In this document: positions 33,901 through 45,500 of the stretch, piece after piece
Layout of the letters: every line of letters begins with the position of its first letter
How positions within the stretch are numbered: position 1 is the first letter of the stretch
Assembly (NCBI GenBank): GCA_964035545.1
Contig: OZ037765.1
Location: 2,976,001-3,040,000, forward strand
DNA: 64,000 nt
From: Bugula neritina
Lineage: Eukaryota; Animalia; Bryozoa
Direction of reading: 5' to 3'
The notes under the pieces: model-generated
Told to the model about the DNA's origin: nothing
Databases searched by the model: none
What the model saw: only the letters and a program-made list of their open reading frames with translations
Position numbers and translations under genes: made by a program

Positions 33901-36856
33901 GATGGAGTAATTGTTAAAGTTGATGAACCTACTCCATGGGTGGCACCTATGGTAGTAGTTCCTAAACCTGGCCAAAACAAGGTGAGAATTTGCACAGATT
34001 ATACCGAGTTAAACAAGCATATTTTGAGAGAGTTCCATCCCATGGCAACAGTAGATAGCAGCTTAGCTCAATTAGGACAAGGACTAATTCTTTCCAAGAT
34101 TGATGCAAACAGTGGATTTTGGCAAATTCCTTTAAGCAAAGAATCTAGCAAACTAACAACATTTCTGACTCATTCTGGACGATATCGCTATTTGCGACTG
34201 CCTCAAGGCCTATGCAGTGCTCCAGAGATTTTTGTTGCTGAAATGAACAATATTTTGAAGGATGTTGATGGTGTGGTTATACATATGGATGACATACTGG
34301 TTTTTGGTGAGAGCAAGGAGCAACATGACACAAGATTGCAAATAGTGTTGGAAAAACTTAAAGCTTCAGGCATTACGCTCAACAAAGAGAAATGTAAATT
34401 TGGAGTACCATCTGTTAATTTTCTTGGTTATGTCATAGATCAGTCTGGTATACATGTTGGCCCTCGAGTTCAAGGAATAGTAGATTTTCCTACTCCGAAA
34501 AATGTAACTTCAGTACGAAGTTTTCTTGGAATGGCCAACCAGTATGCTAAGTTTTCTGAGGAATTAGCTGCTGTGAGTGAACCAATTAGAATGCTGTTGA
34601 AGAAAGATGTTCCATGGCACTGGTCCAGCAAACAAGAAAACTCCTTCAAGAGGATAAAAGAAATATTTCAAAATGCACCAGTTCTAGCAGTCTATGATGT
34701 AGACAAAGACACCATAATCACAACAGATGCTAGCAATGCAGGTCTAGGAGCAACACTCTGTCAAATTCAACAGGATGGCTCTCGGCGCTTGATATCTGCT
34801 GCAAGTCGTTCTTTAACAGAGACCGAAAAGCGTTATGCAGCCATAGAAAAAGAAAGTTTAGCAGTCTGTTGGGCTATGGAAAAGTTTTCTCCATATATAC
34901 TAGGTATGAAGAATGTGGTTATTGAAACTGATCACCGTCCACTAGTTAATTTGTTTGGGAATATCTTTCTAGACAGGCTTCCACCAAGAATTCAAGGGTT
35001 TAAACTTAGACTTCAAAGATTTCAGTATACCATCAGACATGTGAGGGGGTCTAAGAATGTTGCAGCTGATGCTCTCTCCAGGTATAACACTGCTGAAGCG
35101 AACGAGATTGATGCAGCAAGAGAAATGGAAATTGAACTTTATATTGATAACATCTACCAACATGGATCTGATAGCAGGTTGGAGCAGCTTCGTTTAGAAC
35201 AGCATGAAGATGAAATACTGTCAAAAGTAATCAAATTAGTAGAAAATGGATGGCCAGGGTATTTGTCCACTGAAGATGTCCTTCTGAAGCCCTATTTTGA
35301 AAGAAGATCTCTTTTAACAATAAACAAAGGATTCTTGACACTTGGCAATCGTTTGGTAATACCGTTAGCTCAAAGAGAACAGGTGTTGCAAGATTTACAT
35401 AGAGGACACTTGGGCATTACAAAATGTCAAGCACGGGCTAGAGATAGCGTGTGGTGGCCTTCTATGTCAAAGGCTATTGAGGCTATGATCAGCAATTGTG
35501 CTGAATGCAAATTACATGCAGCTAAAATTACAGAGCCATTACGTCCTTCTGCAACTCCAGATAGACCTTGGCAACACCTTAGCACTGATTTGTTGACTTA
35601 TAAAGGCCAAGTATATCTTCTGGTTATTGATAATTATTCAAGGTATCCTGAACTTGCCTTGCTGGGAAACTCTGACTTTTCTTCAAGTAAAGTAATAACA
35701 CACCTAAAATCTATTTTTTCACGACATGGCATACCTGAAATACTATTGTCAGATAACGGCCCGCAATATGCAAGTGCAGAATTTAAACACTTTTCTGTCG
35801 AGTATGGATTTACCCATGTGACTAGCAGTCCACATTATCACAGAGCAAATGGAGCAGCTGAGCGAGGAGTAAGGACCATCAAAAGCATGCTTGCAAAAGA
35901 GAAAGATCCTTATTTGGCTTTGTTAGCCTATAGATCCTCACCGCAGTTTAGCTCATACTCTCCAGCAGAATTGTTAATGGGTAGAAAATTGAGATCCACT
36001 GTACCCATCCATCCGGATAAGCTTAAACCTGAACTCCCTGACCATGACTTATTCAAAAGGAGCAACGATCAGTATAAAGAGAAAATGAAAGAAAATCATG
36101 ACAAAAATCCTAAAGTGCGCCCTCTTTTGCCAGTAAATAAAGGAGACAATGTGATGGTGAGAGATATGCAAAGAGAAGGCTATGCTGCCTCTTCTTCAGA
36201 TAATATTACTCGTCGAACAAATGTCATGACTGACACTGGACCTTTAATACGTAACAGAGCTGATATAACTAATATCCCAACACGATGTTCTGAGCGAACC
36301 AGAAAAGTGCCACGCTACTTAACAGATTTTGATTGTACATAATTTATTATCCACGCCTGTAATATAAGTTGCACTTGATTTAATTACTGTTGTCAAACCT
36401 TTTCTTTTGTGTGTTTTTTTTTTTGGTTGTTGTAGCCTGAAACTAAAGAGGGGATGTTGTAATATTTACACAGTTTATGTAAACTTGGAGTTACCTTTTC
36501 TTGATGTTTTAGCTGATTAATTATTATTCTGTTTTTGAAAAAGATAGTCACTTCCTGTTTGACAAACTGCAGTGCTTGATTAAAATAAACTGAAGATTAA
36601 AACTAATCCACTAATAATTGCTAGATAAATAGACATCTAAAGAATAAAACAGTTATGATGCAGAATAATAATAAAAAAGGTAGGCGTCTGGTTAAACTAT
36701 AGTATATCAAGTACTTACAAAGTGTTTTGTTGGCTGGTACTCCAAATTAAAAGACGTGCAAGAGACAGTTCTGACCATTTGGTTAGCAGCAGCTGTGGAA
36801 GCTGGAGAGGTAGGGTCGCTTTGAAATTGCACAGTGTTGGTAATTCCAGTATCCAT
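24993..36856 (-). CDS. PX-SH3-SH3-SH3 adaptor, SH3PXD2/p47phox-like, paralogue B, ~574 aa
   Basis: Exons: 36856-36719 (alternative ATG at 36778), 30977-30897, 30695-30620, 30258-30185 (GC donor), 30026-29923, 29327-29173, 28722-28491, 27452-27266, 27066-26941, 25544-24993. Exons 2-6 have the same lengths as in paralogue A (81, 76, 74, 104, 155 nt). Intron 1 contains a Gypsy element. Confidence 0.9.
25830..26160. mobile_element. MITE with ~65-bp TIRs, PIF/Harbinger-like ends
   Basis: GGGCCACAC..GCGAAAATTGAAATCTCAAGTAGCAAAGGTGTTCACTGTA / TACAGTGGACACCTTTGCTACTTGTGATTTCAATTTTCGC..TGTGGCCC; flanked by TAA / TAG. Confidence 0.8.
28735..28960. repeat. Decayed 21-bp minisatellite, homologous in unit and intron position to 19790-19995
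   Basis: CATGCTACAGTGTATACAT-like units immediately upstream of the exon 7 acceptor of paralogue B. Confidence 0.7.
29376..29583 (-). mobile_element. tRNA-derived SINE in intron 5 of paralogue B
   Basis: Same family; minus strand starts GGCGTGGTCTAGGGGTTAGAGC; imperfect TSD CAGGTACAC / CAGGTTACAC. Confidence 0.85.
32319..36651 (+). mobile_element. Near-complete Ty3/Gypsy LTR retrotransposon (Mag-like), antisense within intron 1 of paralogue B
   Basis: 5' LTR 32319-32493 (lacks first 22 bp); PBS TGGTGGCAGCG 32494-32504 (complementary to a tRNA-Leu 3' end); ORF 32527-36342; PPT AAAGAGGGGA 36445-36454; 3' LTR 36455-36651 (TGTTG...AAACA). Two mismatches seen between LTRs. Confidence 0.95.
32527..36342 (+). 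CDS. Single-frame Gag-Pol polyprotein (Gag with Zn knuckles, protease, RT, RNase H, integrase), 1271 aa
   Basis: CAKCNQFNHWARVC knuckle; protease LDTGA; RT IDANSGFWQI..HMDDIL; RNase H TDAS..YAAIEKE..ETDHRPL..ADALSR; integrase HRGHLG..C..C, TDL, SDNGPQY, NGAAER. RT-RH-IN order identifies Ty3/Gypsy. Confidence 0.97.
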   Translation: MEGISPPGQLNLRAEDLSGEWRRWIRSFEDYLLAIDLTANSRAAEKRKLALFRHCGGEDVREIYSQMEFNLEVSGEITEIEEGVAGRKLEDVIKRFHEYCNPRTSIVLNRFQFHNSSQSGDTIDVYLMKLRRLAEGCEFGNQRDSLIRDKLLFGIDDSNEREKLMKEVDEKLSLDFVIKSLRVAEKSTRPKAITLPDPKPEEVNAVQNVDNRKSRIPSEVTYDKHSKNRCEQCGKSHYKSQRCTAYGTKCAKCNQFNHWARVCRNLNKVNEVQPEKGDTDFYLGETHQINSIDSQSWYTNLRVSTNKHKGQRIKFKLDTGASLSVCGPHHVSGELISTSKKLYGPGQTLLTCLGTIKCQITSKNERINEDLYVIQDQTTPLLSRSACEKLNLISVDSSQCQIENVCVDEKLFQGLGKVNTEHVITLKGDAKPFAIHVPRPIPFPRRKLADEALMKMIEDGVIVKVDEPTPWVAPMVVVPKPGQNKVRICTDYTELNKHILREFHPMATVDSSLAQLGQGLILSKIDANSGFWQIPLSKESSKLTTFLTHSGRYRYLRLPQGLCSAPEIFVAEMNNILKDVDGVVIHMDDILVFGESKEQHDTRLQIVLEKLKASGITLNKEKCKFGVPSVNFLGYVIDQSGIHVGPRVQGIVDFPTPKNVTSVRSFLGMANQYAKFSEELAAVSEPIRMLLKKDVPWHWSSKQENSFKRIKEIFQNAPVLAVYDVDKDTIITTDASNAGLGATLCQIQQDGSRRLISAASRSLTETEKRYAAIEKESLAVCWAMEKFSPYILGMKNVVIETDHRPLVNLFGNIFLDRLPPRIQGFKLRLQRFQYTIRHVRGSKNVAADALSRYNTAEANEIDAAREMEIELYIDNIYQHGSDSRLEQLRLEQHEDEILSKVIKLVENGWPGYLSTEDVLLKPYFERRSLLTINKGFLTLGNRLVIPLAQREQVLQDLHRGHLGITKCQARARDSVWWPSMSKAIEAMISNCAECKLHAAKITEPLRPSATPDRPWQHLSTDLLTYKGQVYLLVIDNYSRYPELALLGNSDFSSSKVITHLKSIFSRHGIPEILLSDNGPQYASAEFKHFSVEYGFTHVTSSPHYHRANGAAERGVRTIKSMLAKEKDPYLALLAYRSSPQFSSYSPAELLMGRKLRSTVPIHPDKLKPELPDHDLFKRSNDQYKEKMKENHDKNPKVRPLLPVNKGDNVMVRDMQREGYAASSSDNITRRTNVMTDTGPLIRNRADITNIPTRCSERTRKVPRYLTDFDCT

Positions 36857-39591
36857 TCTGTTTCCTTAAGCTACTATCATCTATGGAGTGAGAATAATAT
36901 ACGTAACTACTATTACTAATAACATTTTCACAATGGATTAAAGTTACATTTGATGCTTTATTTGCATACTATTGTGCAAATGCTACGAATACCTTTCAAA
37001 GTATAAATATACTTATTCATGTATTGTTATTAAAATTTACTCGCCAACTAGTAGCAAAACAGTACTTGCTCAAACATAAACCATTCTTCAAATCATCAAA
37101 ACAAATGAAAAGATCGATGGCTTGTTGCGAAACAATTGCATGCCGACACAGCTCAGCCGGTTGCCTAACTACACAATTATCGTTCAACTATGCGGTCAAC
37201 CGCGTGTGTTAAAAAAGGACAACTCCTTATAAAAACACTAGACTCTATGCGCGTAGTTGTGTGCTCTTTATCTTGTCCAAAACGAGTCTGTAAATGACTT
37301 AAATTAACTTGATATCTATGCCACTCCATATAGAATTCGTTCACTTTAGTAAGTTATTTAACACTGAGTTCAGGGTAGGCCTTAATTGATAATTTATAGC
37401 TGTAAAAGTTTGGCTTTACTGAAAAGTTAATGAACAGCATTACTGAAGCTTTGTTATATAAAATAGGCATGCAAGCAGATGTAGCTAAGAGGGGCTTCAT
37501 TTCAAAGAGGTTTTGCAGCAATAAATGGATTTGATATAGGCTGTGTCTTTGCACCAGCGCTATACCCATTTCACCCATCAGATGTGCTCTAAGTTGCCTT
37601 TCAAAATAGTTAGTGCTTGATGGGGGAGAGGTTATATGTTGTACAAACTGTAAAAGAAGCATTTATATTCGATGCAACTACTCTAAGTCCAAATAGCCAA
37701 ATTCTACTAATAAGTTAGTGAGAGACTTGCTGGTCAATGAGCTGATGATAGTCTCCTGGTGACTCATCACCATGCTATAAAACTCTAGTCAAAAGACTTA
37801 CTAATGCTGCAATAGAATTCAATCTTAAAAACAGCACCAAGAAAGGAAAATACCTCTATCATGCAGTTAGCGAATTTCTAAAAAAGAATATCTCAGCAAA
37901 ACACTATTTTCATCACTAAAATAGCTCAAAAAGTATAAACATTTCAAATACATACCTTGGAAGTGCAGTGACTGACAATACAATACTAAATAATAGATAA
38001 CAAAATAACCCTGAGAATAAGAAGTGCTACAAGGATGTAGGCTATATCAAAATTCAAACTTTGACTCTAGACTAACCACTATGTCTTAAAGTCAAATACC
38101 AGATATATTGTTTCAGTGTAGTGCTATAGCTGCCTACTGTATTGTGCTGTGACCTGGAATATACATACAGCATGCAAGTTGACAGACTGCAAGTGTATGT
38201 TATGCAACATATACAGTTGAGCATGGGTATCTCTTGAAAAGACACATTAACAAACCATGAAATATGAAACAGAGCAAGATTATGATCTTTAAAATGTATC
38301 CTCACTCAGATAAACCTGAGATACCTAAGATATATAGATCCTACCTTGACAACTTCTCTATTCACAGCTGACAAAAAGAAAATGTAAAGTTAAAGAAGGC
38401 CCAGGCTGAGATTTGAAGACATGGGGAGGTGAAATGATATAAAGAAACTGATATAGACAAATTATATTTAGCAGAAGAAGGCTAGGATGTGCGTATTTAT
38501 GGCAGTTGGAGATGTGCGATAAGTCTAAAAATAAAACAGTTATTGTCTTACCAACAAACTGCTATGACAGTTGTTACTTGAAAAACTGCCATAAACATAA
38601 TTTATTACCTTAAATAAATTTAGCTAGCAAAGAAGGAAGTCATTGTACAAGCCATGCATATCTATTAACTTCCAAGCACCTGTTGGCACTTGGCACAGCG
38701 CTACTTTTGAACCTTCACAGTGTCATCAGCCATGCTTGTGTGCATGTGCACAATTGACCTTATAATACAGAGTTAGCTCTATTAAATGTGTGGCATATAT
38801 TGTAGAATACGTGGGGTTTTATGACAAGAGAAGCTATTTTTATGATCTTTTCTCAAATATTTTCGAGCCTAATTTAACTTTAATATGAAATGCATGTTAA
38901 AAGCTTATTTATTCTCAAGGTGCACTAATTTAAAGGGGTTAGAATAAAAGTTTATTTAAAAAAAGGCTAAGCATTGCAGGCCAAATAACCCATGCTGCAA
39001 AATTATGTTTTTTCTGTAGCTTTTACCTTTATTAAATAAGTAGCAATCCTCTATTCTATATATTTTGTATTATATCTTATAGAAAAACAAATCAGTGACA
39101 ATATAAAAAAAAAACAAAATACATAGTAGGGCCTAAAGCAATTATTGGACGGAAAGACGACAAAAAAGACCCCTATAAAAATATGTTTGATTGGCAGAGC
39201 TTGAAACAGTTTGAAATAAAATTAAACTGGTCACAAAATATTTTACAGATGAGAAATTTAAAGTCAATAAAATTTTAAATTTTAAATTTGGCTAATGGCT
39301 AAAAAACATAAAAAAACAGTTTAAATACTACACAAATTAGATGTAAAATTCCATAAAAAGTTTTTCGATCAAAAGGTTGTATTCAAAGTGAAAAAAACTA
39401 ACAAATTTAGATAATGAAATGCAAACCACAACACTAAGAATAACAAACACCGTTAACTTATTTCTACTCTGAAATAGAAAAACGTTTGACAAGTTATTAT
39501 CCCATACTTAGGTTAAATCTAATTGAAATATTTAGGTGAACAATAACTGGCTCTAACGGATTTCAACAGACAACAAAAAAGCTCATTTAAT

Positions 39592-42500
39592 CTAAAGAAG
39601 GACGCAGCTTTTAGAGGTGGCTTTAGGAGCTGGTTCTTGTTTAGCAGGAGGAGTAGGTGCTTCACTTTGTGTCGGCTTTGGCTGAGCTGCAGGAGAATTT
39701 GATTTGTCTGCAGCTTTAGCATCCGTCTGGGAGTTGGCAGGGGGAGCTGCCTTTTCTGGTTCTTTGTCTTTTGCTGCCTTTTCTGGTTCCTTGCCTTTTG
39801 CTGGCTTTTCTGGTTCCTTGCCTTTTGCTGGCTTTTCTGGTTCCTTGCCTTTTGCTGCCTTTGCTTTACCATCAGAACCAAGAGACACGCCATGCTCCGC
39901 CATTCGCCTCAATATTTCATTAAAACAGCCCTCATCTGCGAGACTACCTTCTTTAGAGCAGTCCACGTACTTCAACTGAGCCAGAGGCATGCTCATGGGA
40001 CCAGCCGGCGGCCATGTTGTCTTCTCTAGCAGAAGAGGTACGATTGGTTTACTCAGAGAACTTGTCAGACTGATTTCACGTCTGCAGTTGAGTGAGAGAG
40101 AATATTTCTCAGTCACACAGCTTAGTACGACTTTACAGTTTCTGATACCTCTGTCTATCTTATCATACAGACTGTCTCCCGCTCCCATCTGTTCAATGTC
40201 TAGCCAGCAGGTAAATCCTAGAGACTTCAGTTTCTTATAGAAGGCATATACCTGCAACACAAACCAATATTCTTAAAAGGAAATACAGTGAGAATAAGTT
40301 GTAAGGATTATTGTATGCATTAACAATCTGCTCTACCCGAGTGCACCCTGATAATACTAAATGATATGCCACTAGGTAAACATGCAATACATGTTATGTC
40401 ACACCTCCTTCTGCTTGCCCCACTGGTAAGAAATGAATACGTCAGGGTTCTTGGTATTGTCTAGCTTCTTCTCTGCAGCACCAACCACTCTATTTCCTGT
40501 TTTTGTCAGCCACCAATCATCCATTTCTTGAAAGTAAATCAGGTGAATAAATAAATACGGGAGTTGCCCTTTCTTTCACGCTAAAAACTCATCACGGTAT
40601 TCCAATAATATTAAGATTTACTCAAGTCTACACAAAAATAGCAAGAAACTTCTCAATAGTTAAAAACTCTGATATCAGTTCACATAATTTACGTCCTGCT
40701 GACAGATTTAAATCAAAAACTTATTGCGTTTGGAGACTATTTCTTTAAACAAACCAGTCTTATAACCGATCAGAAAACAGTATGGAAAGTGCAGATACTA
40801 GTTAGGGACGCAAATGATTACCTTTACTGACAAGTTTCTCATCAGGCTCTATAACCTGGCGAATCTGCATTATCAGCTCTTCAATCTTAGCCTCAGGCCA
40901 GTAAATCCCCTCTTTACGCTCATTCTCACGTTGGAAGAACCTCACAAACAAGTACTCACTGAAGATGGGTCCCATGGCACCACTGGGAGGCCACGGCATT
41001 TTCTCCATTAGCAGAGGGAACATTGGTTTGCTCAGGTTAACAGAGAGATTCACCTGCAAGATTCAGCATTGGAGATACTTAGACACATCTGCATTACTTT
41101 GATACGTCTGCAACACATATTAGACGTCTGCAAATGTCTTCCATGTGTATAAAACAGATGTAATACTATTATGGCGTCTGCAATTAACAGTTAGTGAAGT
41201 CCTATAGCTTCAGTTCTGGAAATAACTAACATTGGGTGATGAAGAAATAAACCGGTATAAAGAGAGTTTGGTGTAAATATTATGATGAAAGCCAATTTAA
41301 AGAAATGTTGCCACATTTTTTAGCCACTCTACCAACTGCCTAATAGTGACACAACTACACTGAAGTGCCAACAGCTCAATGTGGTAGAAATATTTGCCCA
41401 AATTTTGCTCTTTCATGTTTACTAATAAAACTATAAAACTACATATTCCTCATATTTTTACCAATTTACTTTAGACACTGATACCTACTTACTATATAAT
41501 ATAATTACTGTATACCAATCAACATAATTATAACATACAAGGTTTATGAAAAACTATAAACAAGTATAAGTAGACATCAGTATTAGCAGCATGATATATA
41601 CCAATATATGTATTATATAGTGTAATATAGTATTGTGACATAATATATGTATACTATATACAGTAATATATTATATAATGTATGTAGTATCATACGAAAT
41701 AACAGACAGACCTCTTTGTTACAGTTTGCTGACTTGGCATACTTCTCCGTAACCAGACTCAAGATTACTTTAGCTGCACGAATTCCATTATCAATCTTTT
41801 CATATAGTTTGTCTCCTCCACCCATTTGACCTGAAAATAGTTTAGTATATGACACAGAGCGTAAACTGAGGTGGAAATAGCAGTATTGTAGTCAAGCATA
41901 TAATACAGAGTAATAGACATAAACAGAAAAATAAATTAAAATGTATATACAGTACTTATTATGACATATCCTTATTAGGCATTAGCCAATGGCTGAGCTT
42001 TAAAGTAGTGCTCATAAGAAATAGCATGTTTTTTCGTTAAATAATGATCCATTATTATATGATAACTCACGCAAGTTTATAGTCACTATCCCTGTGAGAA
42101 ACCCCTGATAGAGAAGATTTTTGTTAAAGCAGGCTAAGGACTTATTTAAATGAGGCACAGGAGCAATTATGACTGGATGCTCTTCCTAACATCACCAATG
42201 GTCTTTGTCTGGGCTCGAACCCATGACTTCGTGCTTACTAGGCAAACGCTCTAACCCTTAGACCACGGCTGCTCCCGATCCATTATTATATGATATATCA
42301 GATAGCAACATCCAGCCAAATATATATTATAGTGTAAAGTAAATACTATACAAAATGTCATATACTGTGATAATCACGCAACTAATTCAATGTGACAGGT
42401 TAAACTAGCATAACATAAGCTAGACTACACAGTATAATATAAAACATAATAATATGTAATTAAGGAATAGTAAATTTATATAAATGCTGTATATAAAGAC

Positions 42501-45500
42501 ATACCAATATCTAACCAACAGCTGAACCCAGCGTTAGTCAAATATTCTTTCAGGATGACAGCTTTCTCCTGAACTCCCCACTGGTAACTGATGAACACAG
42601 AGGGTGGGTGTTTGAGGTCGAGTGGTTCATCCACAGGTACCAGCTCACCTGTAAACAGTACCTAGATTAGATTTCAGAATAGAAAAATTAAAGAAGCAAT
42701 ACAACAAATTTATAGAAAAACAAGCTCAGCTAAGCATACCAGCAAGGTTGAGCCCCCACCGATGTGAAGATATGAGTTATCCGTGGCACCCTTAGTAAGA
42801 CACCAGTCTAGAAACCTTCCCACGTTGAACAAACTGTAGACAGTAACTGAATGAAGTAGTGGCTGCAATGAAGTCTTTGTAATACCAAACAGATGGAGAT
42901 AAAATTGACACAGTCAGTTGGTTTCTCCAGTCAGTTAACTTTTCACAAGCAAACCAGATAATTAGTCAGTTAACCTTGTAGGGTCTCAGTGAGTGAGTCA
43001 TCAGTGAGCCAGTCAGTGAGTGAGTAACTGAGTGCATCAGTGACTGAGTCTTTTGACTCACCAAATTATTGAGTCAAATAGGCACAAGAGTTGGTCATTA
43101 CCAAGTATGTCATGAGAAGCTTTATTTTCTTATCTGTGATTATCAAAATCATCATGATAATTTCATACCAGGATAAATAACTCCCAATTGATAAATAAAT
43201 ACTTAAAAATCCAAAACAACGTAAACTAGTAATAAACATATACTCAGCCAAGGAAGTCACACAATACAGTTATGATTATTAGTTGGAGAATTAAGGAGAG
43301 AGAGAGAGAGCGATTAGAGAGGGGATGTGGAGACAGACCAACATTGGGGTAGTTTAGCTACTTACGTGTAGACTCATTTATTCGACACGCCTGCCACATT
43401 CCATAAAGTTTACAAGCAAATGATTGTTGTAGAAGTAAACATAAACAGATATTTTGTTATGTTTAAATTATTATTTTAAAGAATTTGAACCAAGTAACAT
43501 AAAATCATTAATACATCGTTAAAAATAACCACCCGCAACTCATGAAAAAGTTTTTTAAAAATTAGTATCTACTGACTGTGTGTAACTTACAACATGTGGC
43601 TAATATAAATGCAACTTACGTTTCATAATTTTTCAGTTTGAAAATGAAAGCCAAAAAAGGCAAAAACACTCAAAAATTGTATGCTAAACAATTTACAAAA
43701 GCATCAGAAAAATATTATGCTAAGAAGTTACCTGCTGCCTTCATGGCGTTAGCTACCACAGTGGCAGCATCATCTCTTCCCATATCCTTGAGCACAATGT
43801 AGACGGCTCTTGTAGCCTCAGAGCTGTTGTGAGTAGCAAACCACTCAACTAACATACTCATACAGGGGCTGTGGTGAGATGCCCATGCTTTCAGATCATC
43901 ATTACTGTAGCTCAGTCTTTTAGCAAGGAGTCTCCAATCAGTGTTAGACTCAGGATCTAGCAATTTGGCTACGTCATGTGACCAAGTTGGAGTTGTGTCC
44001 ACAGTCTATAAAAATTACCAAATACATTTTAACCTGGTATTTCAATGTGTGCTCACCGGTGAAACATAAACTACAAAATATTTGAAGTATTTTGAATAAA
44101 TAAAGACCACCATATCATCAGACATCACCTTTCTGTCTATTCTCTCAATGTCAATCATAGCCTCAGCAAGTTCTGCCTTCACCACCTCCAACTCCCCTCT
44201 CTGTAGTGTAACTTCAGTGTTGAGATCTTTGATATCTTCAGAGTGTTGCTGTACAGTCTCATCAACTCTGGCCACGTTGTCTTTAGTCTCAGCCAAGTCG
44301 TTGGTGACAATCCCGAGCTGTTCCGTGTTGGCGTCAACTTGCTCCGTCACAATGGCCAGGCTACAAGTTTATACACACATAGATCAACTTCAGCATTTCA
44401 CCATCACAATTCATAGCAAGAGATGGAGAGAAATGTGTTGGTTTGTAAAAATGTACCAAAAAGTCAAACTTTTATACTTGAATTCAGTTAATTGAGTAAT
44501 TAGGAAGTTCAAACTCTTGTTATACTTTAGTTTGTAGTCACTTTGCCATTTATATTATAAAAGCACAGAACTAAAACTAGAAAGTTAAGATCATCAAAAT
44601 TAAGCACAATGAGAAGATGGTAACTTTTTAAAAAAATGCATAACAAAGGAAAATATATTCTGCTCTCTCCTCAATTGAAAAGTTCCAACTACCAAAAGCG
44701 CTTTTTATCTTGCATATCACTTTTAGGTACAATGATCTTGATTTTTGCAATTAGGTGAGATATTCTGGTTATTGGGTTGTAAGATACATATTTTATATCA
44801 TTAAAAGGGTGATTTCTTATCAACTCTTTCCATCCCAAAATACACCAAACTTATACACTAACCCCTTACTTATTCTAAATAATCAATCACCACGCCCATC
44901 AAGCTATTAGGACATGTGCTAATAGTTAACAGTGTATCTCTCTCCCCTGAGTGAATTACATTTAGCTGCCTACCTTCGGCCTTCAATAAAGTCCAGGATA
45001 GAGTTAGCGCTGTCCTTGAACTGGACGTCGGAGGTCATCTTGACGATCTGAGGTTTGTACTGTTTCAGCACTTCTGGGTGTTTCATACCAATAATCTTGA
45101 AGGTATTCATAATCACCTGCTTGTGAGCAGACATGGCGCCCTTGCTGGTCTGCTCCAACAGCCAATCCATTACCAGCTTGGCTCGGCTCTGTGACACAAA
45201 GTCAACAAATTCAAAATACGATACTCGTATTTAATAAACTCTGTTGGATTAACAAAAATAGCAAAATTCAAGTTTAAAATTTAATTACACAGAAACTTTT
45301 CTAAATGGGTCATTTTACTTAATTTAATACACACTGAAATCTCCAGTTTTTAGCTATTTTTCACAATTTAAATAGTAATGAACTTGGCTTTTTGCTCAAA
45401 ACTAGTAAAAAACCAATAAATACACCTAAATAATTAAGGTTCTTCTTAATTTTGCTTGATTTCCCATTTTTTTTATTTATTTAGCTTATTAGGAGTGCGA

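Noticed and set aside
37741-37771. CTGATGA followed by a short stem (hammerhead- or snoRNA-like)
   Set aside because: Lacks the GAAA and NUH elements; no supporting box pairing.
42210-42276. tRNA gene
   Set aside because: A/B boxes are present, but it is the head of a TSD-flanked SINE and lacks a complete acceptor stem.
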